DNA of 64,000 nt from Hydrolagus colliei (taxonomy: Eukaryota), in the NCBI GenBank assembly GCA_035084275.1, contig CM068756.1, positions 8,928,001 through 8,992,000 of the forward strand, read 5' to 3'. Of this stretch, positions 11,876 to 25,400 are shown in pieces. Each line of letters starts with the position of its first letter. Positions within the stretch are counted from its first letter, which is position 1. The notes beneath the pieces were generated by a model, which saw nothing but the letters and a program-made list of their open reading frames with translations, was not told where the DNA came from and ran no database searches. Made by a program: the position numbers and the translations under genes.

Positions 11876-11906
11876 CCCCCCCCCCTCCCCCCCCCCCCCC
11901 CCCCCA
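11876..11906. repeat. Poly-C tract
   Basis: About 30 C with one T interruption; a second run lies at 44883-44901. Confidence 0.9.
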
Positions 11907-13841
11907 AGAGAATTCAACTGTTCTACTAGTCCTATGAAAGAAAAGGAGAATGAATTATAGCACAGAGCTCGGAACACAGTTTAAATCCTTTCACAATTCA
12001 TAACAAACTGGTGTTGAAGTAAATTAAAACCTGGAGGAATTACATTTCAAACCTGATTTTGATATCAAATTGCTGGGTAATGAATATAATACCGAGATGG
12101 CAGTATCCTAACTGGAGCAAATGATTGCAGTCCACGCAGTCAGGCCTTTTAGGATACAATGATCTCTTCTGGTGCTGCAAATTGCTGTGTTTCAAAATAA
12201 TAATACTTTCACAAAGCTGTCCTTGAGCTGCTTTGCAAAATTAGATTCTGCTGAAAATGAAAGAATTTGAATAACGATGATGGCAATGTGCCATTGAAAG
12301 GATACAGATCTACCTGAAAATTGTGTGCATCACCTTGCTGAGAGCTGTTGCCTCGAAAAAGCAGTTTAATGGTCCTCACCTCTCTGTCTTTCGCTTTCCG
12401 TCCCACAACAAACTCCCAACATTGCAAGACAAATGTTGGCAGGCAAGTCGGCACACTCCTCACATTTTCGTCATGTTTCTGCCTCCAGTCCTTATGGCAG
12501 GAGATTCTGTGCAGGCCTCCAGAGCCAAGGTTCAAATTGTCATGCCCTCAGCTTAGCCCACATGTCTGTTTTGCCAGTATATGATATGACATCCTTCAGG
12601 GGTTTTATGCTATGCAGCTCTCCTTACTGCACTCCTCACCCCACCACTCCCCAGCTATATATAGCATCTGAAACCAAGCATTACGTAGAAATCTCAATCC
12701 CTCACAAGTTAACCTGAACAGCCATATGAGCCAAATGGCACACAAAACCATACACTGCTGTATCCCCAGACTAAATATTGGATCAAGAAACACCCATTTC
12801 TTTTGTTGAGTAATACTACCCAAATTTATTGAAAAAAATCAGACCTATATTGTGCAAATGTGCATGCAACCTGAATCACATATTACCTTTCCAGTGGGAT
12901 GTCCCAGGCGCTGTATAAATGCAATTTGTAGTTCAATTCAAGAAAGCAAAATTGTGCTTGAATTATAGTTTTTAGATGGTATTGCAAAATATATTGAAAT
13001 ACTTACTAGTTTTTCTAAAATAAAAGCTATTCTATTCAGAACTAGAAGCTTCATACATGCAGGTTTTTATCAGTATATATATAAAAAAAACTTTAAATAA
13101 GAGACAGATTCCTGTACAAGAACATTGACAGGCATTTGGAAAAATGAATGTTAGTGGCATAGTAAGGAAGCAGCTGAGGCTAACAGAAACATGAAAAATA
13201 TGCCTAAAGAATGAACTGATCAAATACTGAAGCAGATGTTTGAAAAGAATGAGTTCCTACCTCAAAGGCCACTAATGGAGATGAATTTGCCCTGGCTACT
13301 ACTGTCCTGTACTTTGGAATGAGAGGCACTGCTAAAATTTATCATCTGAGCAAGGAAGACGTTGAATTAATTTCTGTTTCTAATGGTGGAAAACATTTAT
13401 GGTTCATGGCAGAGGTCAAATTAAAACAAGGACTGGCACCATTCCAAGAGATAGTTCCTTAATTCAAAAGTGCTCTCCTTCCCTTCAGATTCAATAAGAG
13501 ATCAAATGGAAGCATATAAATCATGGGAGAGATATAGATTATACACTGACAAGCTCACATTCTTTATTTTTTTCTGCCCATAAATAGGTAGCTGCAGTCC
13601 CAAGAGCAGCGAGGAATGTAGCAATGCCCAGATCACCGCATATCTCTACCTGTGATTTCCAAAATCACGCTCACCGTTATGTTTTGCCATATATGCGCTG
13701 AGTCTGAAGTGTAATTTTGAAATACTGATACCAAAGCAATTGGGTCTCCACAACAGCTGCACAGCCAACTTTAGCAGAAACATTCTGAGGAACCGATGGG
13801 AGTATTTCCAACAAAGTCTTGCAACCTTGAAAGCATTCTGT

Positions 13842-14725
13842 GGAGTCCTGCAGAGTAGTGGTTAGCGTGGCCACCTCGCTAGCGAGAGGACTGGTGTTAA
13901 TTCCTCGGCGGAGCAGGACAAAACCCTAGGCAGACTTATTTACGCTTCTGTTTGCCGGCAGTAAGTAGGAACTTGTTTGTTAGTCAATTGGCTTTCTAGG
14001 GGTAATGATTCTACCCCCCCATCCCACAAAAAAATATGGGCTCTATTATACAATTAGGCCTTGCTTAATGTTGTAGTTGTGTTCTTGAAAAATGCAACTT
14101 TAAGCTAAATGACGTTAAGCGAACACATTTTTCCCATAAGTATTTATGTATAAGCTATACATAAATAAACAAGTTATTTTGGACATTTTTTGTCAAAATT
14201 TTCTTTAAAAAATTATGTTGAAATAAATATAAAACATAAAAATATATTCATTTAAATAACATAACAATAACGGCATCAAAACGAGTTAAAACATCTAATT
14301 TCATTTCGAGAGTAAAGGTTTGTTTTACTACCATACTCACCACTGCCGCTTCCTGGGTGTTTTTGACTCCAATTTATAGAGGAAATAAATAATAAGCACA
14401 AATAAATCACGATATAAAAAATATTACCAATCTCACACCTGTGCATAAACTTAAAATGATGACATTAAGCCTGTGGATGGACACTGCGCCAGAATACCGG
14501 ACGGTGGCTTACACTACCCAAATTACAGTAGATTGTTTCCACCCGCTGGCGAATGATGTAATGGCGAACGTCACAATGTTAAATGGATATATGTTCCCTA
14601 TGCATCAGCAACGTAATAACGAAACACTGCTGACCGAAGCAACGTTAAACGGGGTCTACCTGTAATTACAAAGCATCTGGAGTTATTCATTCTACGTGAA
14701 AGGCATACTACAAGTGCAAGTTGCT
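13842..14725 (+). mobile_element. tRNA-headed SINE with a different body, interrupted by a Tigger-like MITE
   Basis: tRNA-like head ggagtcctgcagagtagtggttagcg...; an L2-type tail (ctacgtgaaaggcatactacaagtgcaagttg) resumes after 14664. Confidence 0.55.
14051..14662. mobile_element. Non-autonomous Tigger/pogo-like DNA transposon (612 bp)
   Basis: TIRs CAATTAGGCCTTGCTTAATGTTG / CAGGTAGACCCCGTTTAACGTTG (16/23) with TA at 14049-14050 and 14663-14664. Confidence 0.7.
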
Positions 14726-17700
14726 AACAGTGATTATGATGAACATTAAATCTGAAACTGCTCAACCTTGCTGAAGTTGCAGTGAAAGTTATTTGGGCGA
14801 TGTTATTCATATTGCGGACAGAATGCTGCTGACCAGAGCTCTCCCTTTTCAAAATTCCTTTTACTGCATTCTAACTTTGGCAGATTCTCGTTTAACAAAA
14901 TGCTTGTTAATACCATGGAACCTATGTGCTTAATGATAAGGAAATCGCTTGCTTAGAATTCCTTCATTTTTAGCTTCCTAAGACCTTGTTTGCCATTAAA
15001 TGCTGCATGTTGTATTTTCAGTTGATATCCCTATAGGAAATAGATTATGCTATCAAATGAAAAAACATGTCCAAAGGAAATGAAATATTTTTCTTTAGTA
15101 TAGACTCCTATTCAAGTTTGTCACCTTTTGTACTCAAACTTATATACTGTAAATGCTGGCAACAGCACATAATACTCTTAATCCTGATCAGAAATTGTTG
15201 CACTATTCCTGTATGTCCCCCTAACCTTAGATAATACAGACTTTATCAGAACTTGAGCTGTTTAGCAAACTGGGAATACTCAATAGGTAAAATTCTTAGT
15301 CCTTTCTGATATTTTTCTTAAGAATTGGCTTGAAATGGTGCTGGTACTTTTAGCTGAGATATGAAAAAAGACATTCAATGTTGGTAAAGGAAGTTTCAAA
15401 TAAAGAGAACAGTGGTGATGTGGTACATGTGGAAACTATGCTTGAAGCTTGGGAATTCCTTGCCTCAATTCCTCTGCCTTGTTGATTTCTGTTTTCACTT
15501 TCCATTTATTTATTCTATTTCTCTATTTGTCTCAAAATCTTAATGATTTGCTTATATCTGAGCAGTTTACTTTCTCAGTTCCATCCTTTGCCAATCTAAG
15601 CTGCTTCCTTGGATTCAGAATTACTACTCTGCAGAAGATTATGTGAGGACTCAATGCACTCTGTATTCTATTCAAATGTCTTTTGTACCTTTCCTCTTTT
15701 GCAACAGGTTGAATGAAAGCATAGTATTTAGAATCTGTGAAACATTTTTTTTGAGAACATTTATTATCTTTGGTTTGTTTGAATGTTTCATTGATTTGAT
15801 TGACTACACTACTTTCAACACTAATATATAGACTAATGTAACTGGAAGAAAATCAATTACAACACCAGAGTTTTTCCAAGCATAATTATTTTTCTTTAAC
15901 CAAGCAATACACTAAATCTAAGCACACAAAGACAGGAAATCTTTTTTTAAAGCCAAAATAATTGATCTATACAGTATACTGCACCGATATAAACCATTAA
16001 ACTTTTAACAGGACAAGTAAAATTAAAACATATCCAGTAGTACATCAGATGCTAAGAATGGAAAATGATTTAAATCCTAAGAGTTTGAATATTTTGTACA
16101 GTTAACAGTCAACCTTTGATATTATAGCTTGTTTTTTTTTACATAACAACCAAAATATTCAACAGTGGATTAAATCTCGCCTGTAAAAAGTATATAATTC
16201 TTGTTAATTTACTTTTAAATGAAGGTGGTGCACTAAACATTGATGACTGCTTTTCAGAATATTGTAGAATAATTTCTAATCAAAACTGGTATGTAAATGA
16301 TTACAATAAACAGGATTTATAGACCGTAATGTGAACTCTATTATTTAAGCTAAAAGAGTTTAGATTTTAGCAGAATCAGCAAGGGCAATGTCAGTGGCAA
16401 TATGTATGTTTCAGTCACAATATTGGCTGTGAACACTATTAATGGCCCAATAATTGAGAAATACTAGTCACTACTCGCATAAAGCAGTCTGAATAACGGG
16501 AATCAGTGTGCAGAGGCCATACATATGCAGACTGAAACTCACTAAAGAATGACAAGAGCATGTTCTGTGCTTTTAACTGCATCAGACCCCTATTGCTAAA
16601 ATTACTTTGGCCAATAATGTTAGTACCATTACACTAATGGACACAGTAAATGAAGTAGAACCAAGCCACATACTTCATTACCAAGGGGACGATTTTCTTC
16701 TCATCTGTAATAGAATGAGCACTAAGTATTGATCAGATCATCAAGCTACTAATCCCCTGTAAAATTGCTTGTTATCACTGAGAAAGTGTTAATCCTAGTC
16801 AAGTCTAAGGTACGTACTTAGCCTTTTGCTAACGAGTGAATATTGACCATGAGCTTGCTTTTATTAAAGAGGTGAAGGTTTGTACACGGTAATTAATTTG
16901 TGTGTTTCATAAAAGAATATTAATGTTGAACGTCCAATGGTTTTGTTTGTTATTATCTTACTGCATCGAGTATTCATTTAATTTGAAGTGAGTGGCGCTA
17001 TCAGCAGCTTGCTTGTTCTGATTTATAGTAAAAGGGAAGGCCTTTATATTTGAACAGTCTGTTTCACTGTAAATTGTTGCCAATCTATTCCCCAACACTG
17101 ATGGACCTACTGTAACTCCCTCAAACACTAAATTTACCTGTAGTAGTAACAGGGTATGCCAGTGTTGACCTTTGTAGCCTAATCTAGCTATTCATTTTAG
17201 GTTGTGAAGTTTCTCTAACTCTGCTGTTATCACCTCTGCCCTTAGCTAATCAAATAGTTTAGCTTGAGGGTAACATTTATCTTGCACTTTCATTATCACC
17301 ATTTTAGTAGCAGTAAAGATATATATTTTATGTCTCAGGATGGCTGTAACACTGAAACTAGGTATTGATCTGGTATATTTGGCCATTTCTTTCTACCTTG
17401 CCATCAATATCAAGAATCCTTCAGTATGTGCCTGTACCATGGTTGACCCCAGAAATAGCGCTTTGTATTCCAGTTGGGTTAATTTAGTATTAGTGTGTGC
17501 TATCCTTACAGTTTTAATTAATGCTCTTATATTCCATTGACACAAATATATGCAAAGAGCTTTGTCAAGTTTCCCATTGCATTTTTAAAATAGTTAAACT
17601 TTTTAAAAATGGGTGTAAATCGTTTCGGCAGCAGTTTTACTTTTCAAAGTGTTTTTTTTAAATATTGTGTTGCTACATCTAGTAGAGTGAGTAGGTTTGT

Positions 17701-18819
17701 GCTTTGCATACATTTGTGATTTGAAATGGTAGAAGGGGTGTGGGGGGTGGAAATTAAATTTCAACAAGACAGCAGAAATGTCAGGTTGTCAGTTCTGTAT
17801 TTCATGAATTGGCAACAGTCTCATTTAGGTTTTTCAGACGTGTCTGCCCAGACAGAATGTGAGCATTTTGCATGTTCTATAGAAGACAACCACTCCTCAC
17901 TGCCTCGCAGCACGCAGTGGTGCATGACAGTTGCCCTTCACCGCTGTCGTCTTTGTGCTTGCCCTTTGGCCTTTCACTAAGCCACTGTGCAGCGGTAAGC
18001 ACAAGCCCAGATGTTTGCGAATGATGGGCAATGGTCGTCACTATGCTTGTCATTATTTGATTTTTCAAATAGTTCAGTATTTAAACTCGCAAGTAGAAAC
18101 CTTTGTGCATCATCCCGTGTGTCCAGCATCCAGAGCTGTCAAGAGCATGATCAGATAACAGAAAAAAAACACCGACTTGCTGAACAATTTTCTATCAGCA
18201 TTTAGGAGGCTGTTTTATTGCTAAATTTAGATGAGCATTACTGTGGAAATAACATGGTCAGAATTTGTTGCCAGGGTACCGCCTAGCCTCTTGTCCCTTG
18301 TGATGTGAATATCATAAATCACTATTAAGATTCAGGCAACTTGTCCACTTAAGACTTTGATGTTCCCTTGGAATTCTATCTGCTTTGAGCAGACTGAACA
18401 AACCACAAAATAGTCGACCTGTGATGTCTAGGGTTATCCGTCAAAATAGAATTTCGGTCTTGAATAGGTATTGTTATGTACTGTACTGTAATATCAGTGA
18501 AAGATCAGTCTGCACACAATAGTGCTTTTCACATTTGAGGCGTACATTGTATGAGATATGAAGTTAAGTGTAGAATTTAATTGACTGCATGTTACATTTT
18601 AATATATACTTGAGCCTTTTAATTGTGTAGAACTACCGGTAGTTTAAATTGTGAAAAATCCCACAACATAAAGATTGGCTACTTCTGATGAGGGGCCAGA
18701 GACCTTCCATGGAACCATTCCACAGCACAAACAAGTTAATATGTTTCTTAAAGCAAAATTATAACATGGATGTAAATGAAATTGTGTTAATATTTGTACA
18801 GAGTAAATTGATAACATTC

Positions 18820-19110
18820 ACACCTCTGAGTCAGAAGGTTGTGGGTTCAAGTCCCATCCATATCAGGATTTTGAACTCATAGTTTAACCTGACATTCCAG
18901 TACAGTGCAATTTTGGAGGCACCGTTTTCAGATGAAACGTCAAACTGAGGTTCTTATCTACCTATTCAAGTGGATATTAAAGATCCTATTGGATCTATTT
19001 GAAATGAGAAGGGAGTTTCTCCCAGTGTGCTGATCAACAATTCACCAGATAAAATTACTCATTCACTTCATAGTTGTTTGTGGTACATTACTGTGCATAA
19101 ATTGACTGTT
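18820..19110 (+). mobile_element. Deu-domain SINE (SacSINE1/AmnSINE1-like), 3' end interrupted by a younger SINE
   Basis: ctctgagtcagaaggttgtgggttcaagtccc head followed by ggaggcaccgttttcagatgaaacgtcaaactgagg...gtggatattaaagatcc...gggagtttctccc, matching the Deu-domain consensus as I recall it; related copies occur elsewhere in the window. Confidence 0.75.
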
Positions 19111-19113
19111 AGT

Positions 19114-19410
19114 GGAGTCCTGTAGCTCAGTGGTTAGAGCACTTGCCTTACAAGCGAGAACCCTGGATGCGATTCCAGGCAGGGTGAGACCTTGGGCAAG
19201 TTTCCTTACTCTATACGCCTGATAATAATCCATTAAAAAAAATTGGTCATTTCAATCCACGACTATCTGTGGGACACTGCTGTACTCAATTGGCTGCCAT
19301 GTTTCGCCCACATATATACAGTCAACTCACTTTACAGTATGTTCTTTGAAGCGCTTTGTGACATCTAGAAGATGTGAAAACTGTTATACCAAATGCAAGG
19401 ATTATTATTA
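19114..19410 (+). mobile_element. Full-length tRNA-derived SINE (~300 bp)
   Basis: Pol III box A TAGCTCAGTGG, degenerate box B, shared body, L2-type tail ending (TTA)n; many copies in the window. Confidence 0.9.
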
Positions 19411-19482
19411 CTTGTCTGTTGATGGTGATTGATTTCCTAGAGATATTTATTTGTAGCAAATCAATGTTATGGGTTATAGATA

Positions 19483-20226
19483 TGAAAGGTGACCAAAACG
19501 TTGTGATACCATTACAAGTTTAATTAATAAGTCTTACTGTGATATTTTTGTTTGTTTTTTGGATAATAGGGTAGCTGAAAAATCTGAAAATTGATCTAGT
19601 CATGGAGAAATGGAGTAATGAACATCGTGCTGCAATTGTGGAACACAACACAATGGCAGTTTTGGAAAAGAATTGGATTAGGTGATGGTCCATCAAAGAT
19701 GTCCATACTGTGCTATGTTCTGAATTTCGTGGTACAGGAAGTGTTAAAGATGCACAAAGAACTAGGTGGCCTCGAACAATGCATACATTTGGAAATATAG
19801 AATCAGTCAGGGAGAACTGATCAGGATCCCCAAAACATCACCAAAGGACTGCGAAACATACTACTGTAAAATGTGATTTGAAATTATTCCCTTACAAAAT
19901 CCAAGTTTCCCAACAGTTGTTGTCTTCAGACAAAGCAGCTCGGCCAAAATAAGCCAAAATTAATAATGGCGATGAACAACAACATCAAAGAGGCTGTGCG
20001 ATTCATTCCAGCCGTATCACTTGGGAAAGTAATGGAAAATGTTATTATTCGCTGTTGTGAATGTATAGACGTATAGGGAAGACATTTTTTCGGTGTTATT
20101 TTTAAATTTTATTTTATTTAATAAGAATGTAAAGGCAAAATCTGTACTTTTGATTGTTTTTGTTCTTGAAAAAAGAAAGTAATTGTTATTAAAATAGATG
20201 GTATCATGACTTTTTGGTCACCCTTA
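19483..20226 (+). mobile_element. Internally deleted Tc1/mariner-superfamily transposon with transposase remnants
   Basis: TIRs GGTGACCAAAACGTTGTGATACCAT / GGTGACCAAAAAGTCATGATACCAT with flanking TA; decayed frames from ATG 19602 give MEKWSNEHRAAIVE, EFRGTGSVKDAQRTRWPRT...NIESVRE, DLKLFPYKIQVSQQLLSSDKAAR and IPAVSLGKVMENVIIRCCECIDV*GRHF. Confidence 0.85.
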
Positions 20227-20732
20227 TACAACTGGTTTGCTTTTTTTCTCCCACTCATCCCTGACTCAATAATAATAATTCTTGCACTTGATGTAGCACC
20301 TCATCACATCTTCAGCTGGTCTGTTATGACTTCCACAGTACTGTAACTATATTGAGTAGATTCTGCCAATGGTTTCAGAGAAGAGAAAAAGGCCAAGGAA
20401 AGTTAGCTTCCTAATATCAATTTGTTTTTGAAAAATTTACCCTCCCAGTGAATCAATTAGAACCATTTAAGGTCATAACTTCTTTAGGGCCAAGATTCCA
20501 GACTATTTCAGATCTGGTAGGCAGCCAAAATGGTATGTGTTACAGAAATAACCATTTCACTGCTTAAAATTCAGAACAGTTGCTTCCTTTGGCTCGGAGC
20601 ACAGCTGGTGAAAATGGTCCTATGAAGGGTCACAGTGGCATATCAAATAACAGGAATATAAACATCTTTACAACAGCTTCCAACTCGGACCAAAGACCAG
20701 GATACCTGTGGGTATCTATTTTTATTGTGTCA

Positions 20733-20985
20733 TATTAATAATCCTTGCATTTGATATAGCACTTTTCACATCTTCTAAACATCTCAAAGTGCTTACAATA
20801 TATTGTAAAGTGGATTGATTGTATATTTGTGGGCAAAACGCAGCAGCCAATTGTGCACAGCAGTGTCCCACAAACAGTTGTGGATTGAAATGACCAATTA
20901 TTTTTTTATGAGGGATTATTATTAGGCGTGTGGAGTAAGGAAATTTGCCTAAAATCTCGCTTGTTACGCGAGTACTCTAAGCTTG
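20733..20985 (-). mobile_element. tRNA-derived SINE, head partly deleted
   Basis: Reverse complement of the body and tail of the 19114-19410 family. Confidence 0.85.
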
Positions 20986-22259
20986 TACCACTTTATAATG
21001 ATGAAAAAGAGGAACCAGCAGGTTAGGAATGGGTTTGTAACTAAAGGTTTTCTAGACAAAACTTTTCTGAGCACAAAGAGTTAGGATTTATCAACTCCCC
21101 AAATGGCAACATGGGTTGGAATAATCCCTAGGGGTAAACCTCAGGCAATCTATGGGTTGACTGATTAAGACATCAGTAGTTACTCAAAGGGCAGTGAGCT
21201 GTGAGTTTGCACCACTTTAAAATTGTACCAACCTGAAATTTTATTAATTTTATGGAACAATTTTAAGATTGAGACCTTAGGTCACAATCTGCCTGTTTTG
21301 TAGAAGATAGCATCTCAGATTGTAGATGGCTGGTTGTCTATTGCAGTTTTGTTTCTGTTACAGATGTTTTTCCGAAGAGACTGATTCTATGGAGGGGTAA
21401 TGATCAATGCTAGGATACAATTGTTGTGCTCTTTAGAAGTAGTGGGCTTGATGGTCTTGTGTGATACTGTGGGTTTTTTTATATTATGATATGTTTATCA
21501 CACTGATAAACTTCAATCTTTTATCAAGAAAAAACTTTCAAGTTAAATGCTAGCTTTGTGAACATTGCAAGAACTCAAACCTTGAACAAGAAGTCTATTG
21601 AAAATCATCCAATGATATCCTAAAGTGCCTTCTAGCTGCTGTGCCAAATATTTTGTTCAATTTTCTCCGCACATAAATGGATGAGAAGAATCATTCAATG
21701 GATAAATGAGAAGGGTGTATAATCCATGAAAGAGATATTTCAGTTTGAATCCATGTGACTTACTTCCGCTGGCTCTCCGTCAGGTCAACTTAAGTTATTT
21801 TTCTATGATTGCTGTCAGTAATTTACAAATTATTTGTGGGTGAAAGGAACGTCTGTTCATAGTTGGTACTATGCATCATTTTAGCCTGTGGGCTTGATTT
21901 TTTATTATACAACTTCCAAGTGCTCATCAATATGTTTTCAAAGTTTTTTTTTACAAGATGCCTATAAATGGCTATTCACTGTACTTCTGGTAACAGATGT
22001 ATAAAATCTGATTTTTTTTGAGAGTTTAAATGCCCATTCACAGGTTTCAGCCAACAATGAAGTTAAGCACCATGCCTTGCGTTACCATTATTAGGCCTCA
22101 ACCTATCTTGAGCATTTTGATGCTCGCCTGAAGGCCAGCAGACACTCTAATAAACTGTTATGTTCTTTGGATGCCTTGGTAAAATGTTGTGCTCCTTGTT
22201 TAATTTGTCAATGTGTCTTGCAATGTGTTGCAAAAATTTAATGCTTTGAGAACTAGCTT

Positions 22260-22458
22260 CCTTCTCTTCAAATTATGTCTTTATTGTCTACCAGAATGGA
22301 CAGTTAAGACATTGATTTAATGCTTCATCTTCAGCCATACAGCGCTCCCTCTGCACTACATTGGAGCGTCAGTGTAGACCATGAGTTCAAAGTCCCAACG
22401 TGGGGCTTGAACCCACAACCCTCTGACTCAGAGACTACCACCTGAGCCATGCTGACTC
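22260..22458 (-). mobile_element. Deu-domain SINE 5' fragment
   Basis: ggggcttgaacccacaaccctctgactcagag is the reverse complement of the head at 18820. Confidence 0.7.
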
Positions 22459-25400
22459 CAGATCCTTAATGAAATTTTCAAGATTGTTATTTATCAATTT
22501 ATTTAAACCAAAAAGTTTTCCATTTGCATCCCGCTATACAAATGTAATTATGTTGTTGTCAACTCTTCTCGCTGAATAGAAAAGGTGCAGCTGTTACTAG
22601 GATGGAACTTCGTGCTTTAGGTATGTTTAGTGCATGTTGTACAGTGTTGTTTCCCTTCCTTCAACTCTGGAGCAGCCCAAGTGGATGATAAAACAGCTTC
22701 CCTCCTAAAATTTTACAGTACAGAAGGGATCATTTAGCCCATCATGTTGTGCTGGCTGGCGCTTTTCAAAGAGCAATCCATTCAGTACCATTAGCACAGT
22801 AGCACCACAATCTAAGACTGGTTGATGTCCACACCTAGAGAACAATCCTATCTCGTGAGTGGTTGCCATTGCGAGCCATAAGCATTTACATGGCTTTATA
22901 GCACTTTAGCATTCAAAAGCTGTGTACCTGTATTTTGTAATTCAATTGATTTTCCCTTTGAGCTAAGAATTGGCAGGGAGCCCCCCCCCCATTATCTTAG
23001 CTAATCCCTAAATTCTACCTGTACTGCCTGATCAGTGAGACTGGCTCACTCATTCATGTGAATATCAAGAGGGCTGTTAGCAACTCTTTAGTCAGAACCC
23101 TGTGATAATTTTTTTTCAGATCTTGTGCTAGTAGTGTACCATACAAAAAAATCACTGGTTAGTGAATAAATAAATACAATATGATATTATACAATAAGTT
23201 TTAAATCATAGTTCTGACCTGGGGCAGATCTAATCTGAGTTCTGTTTTAGTGCATTTTCCACTATTTATTGTGAATGCTACAGGTCATTATTGACAGCTG
23301 CCTGATTTATTTGATGGGATGTACGTGATTGTATACGGTGACTTCAATCTTGTTTAATTAAATTTATATCTCTTATTGCCTTGTTCAGTATCTTTGGTCG
23401 CTCAATAAGTAATGTGTACAAAACTAGATAAAGATCAGTGATTGCCGACAGTGATTCTGTGTGGTTGTGCAGAAAGAACCAAATAAGAAACTATTTATGA
23501 GCAACGTATGAAGCTGCCGGGTACATTTGAGCATTGCTGTTACTGTAGTAGTTTTTAATATGTAGGTAAATTCAGGCATGAGATGCCCATTTCCTTATCT
23601 TATGCAGAAACCTGCTCATCATCATGTACTTAACTTCATGCAAAAGCGAAACAATACAAAATTACATTTGTATTGTACCTTTCATGTCAGGAGGATGTCC
23701 CAAGGCGCTCGACAGTCAGGGATTTGGACTGAGATGGGAGGGGGGGGTCAGGATAGGGGAGGATGGAGGGCAGAATGTAAATTATCAAGCATTTGCTTGA
23801 TTTTTTTTGCCATCTCCTTTGATGTCCTCAGTGATGCATCTTCTGTGGTTGGCTCCACATTTGCTCTCAATGCTTCTTTGTGCACAACCAACTTGAAGTG
23901 AACTTCTGCAGCTGGGAGTGGTCCTGGCTGATCATTTTATTTCTACCCTGACCGAGGAGAGGCATTTCACCTTTATGGAGGGTTGCATCCTGCTTCTTAA
24001 CTGAGAATTGCTAAAGGGGAGGGTAAGTGAATTGAAAAGAAAGGGTGGGTTAGATGTTAAGTTCATACCCATTTAAGTTGGAAGTTTTCGGATCACTTAA
24101 GCTAAATTATCTAAAAGTAAATTACATTACTTGTTATTACTCAGATTCTTGCTTCTGTGGTGCTTGTTCTACAGTGAATCCTCAATCATGTGGATGTTAT
24201 ACTGGACAACTATACAGTTAGTTCAACAGTGTAATATTTCATCAGATTGGAAAAGTTTAAAATTGTACCAAGTTTTTTTTTATAACGAAGCATTGTAATT
24301 TATTTAACTAGGTATTGCTTTTTCTGTTTGATCATTTTGGGCTGAGCTGCTGTCATACAAGAAGGACTTTGTATGGACAGCATGAGAAAAGATCATGAGC
24401 ATATAGAGTAGCAATAGACACACACATATAATCTTCGCAGAATTCTCTGACAGGTCTTTTCTTTTGTTCTCTGTCTCAACCCACGATCTGCCAGGAATTT
24501 GTGACATCTCTTGTAGTAGATCAAATGAACCTATGACACCTGAATACGTTGTACAGGTTGTTTACAGTTGCGTTTTGAAGGACCCCACGACAAGACAGGA
24601 AAGTTCACCTGAAGTAATTAAATTTGCACCTGGGATGCCAGTTGTGACAAGAATCCGGGGGATTTCAGGTAACCATTCCCTTAAGCAGCTTTTACCATAC
24701 ATTTTGTCAGCAACCAAAAGAAAGAGGCATGCATATGTGTAAGCAATGTTATTACTACCTGCCACTCAGGCTTGTCAGTTGCTTAACATTGCCAGGCATA
24801 AATATCCTATTAAAATGAGAGACCTGTATCATTGTGTCAAACCTGCAGTCTCAGAGCCCAGAGGGAACTAAAGTGTTCAGATAAATGCTGCCAAATGATA
24901 ACTGCCTAACTATACTGCTCAACAGCAACAACTTACATTTATATAGCACCTTTCATGATAGAAAGCTTAATAGCAACATGGCTTGATACCAAGCTGGAAA
25001 GGATGTGGGGGGCGCGGTGGGCTCTGACTGAAGGCACGGTCGAAGAGGAATGTTGCTTGTGCAGAATTAGTTCTTTTTTGCAAGTGTCAATAATTTCATG
25101 ATGTTGCCATACCTCACAGAGCTGTATGTCTGATGATGATTTGTGACTGCACAGGGCTCAAAGTTGACCTGTCCCAATTGGCAGTCATGCTGTATTACAT
25201 AGGTTAGATGAAGTAATTATTTCTAGCCTGCTGACTACAAGCAAGATTAATAGTTCCTGAAAGGACTATAATGGAAGTCTGACCCATCTGGCTTTAGCAT
25301 TATTCCTTATTTATCACACACTCATCTTTCTCACCTTTGGGCCATGGCATGGTGTCATTTGTGTTTGTTTTGCCATGTGAAAGGTTACAGGTCAATTTTA

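Noticed and set aside
19114-19190. tRNA-like sequence with box A/box B (also ~2830-2910, 9403-9475, 32650-32725)
   Set aside because: These are SINE heads: each runs into the same body and L2-type tail, and I could not build a complete cloverleaf.
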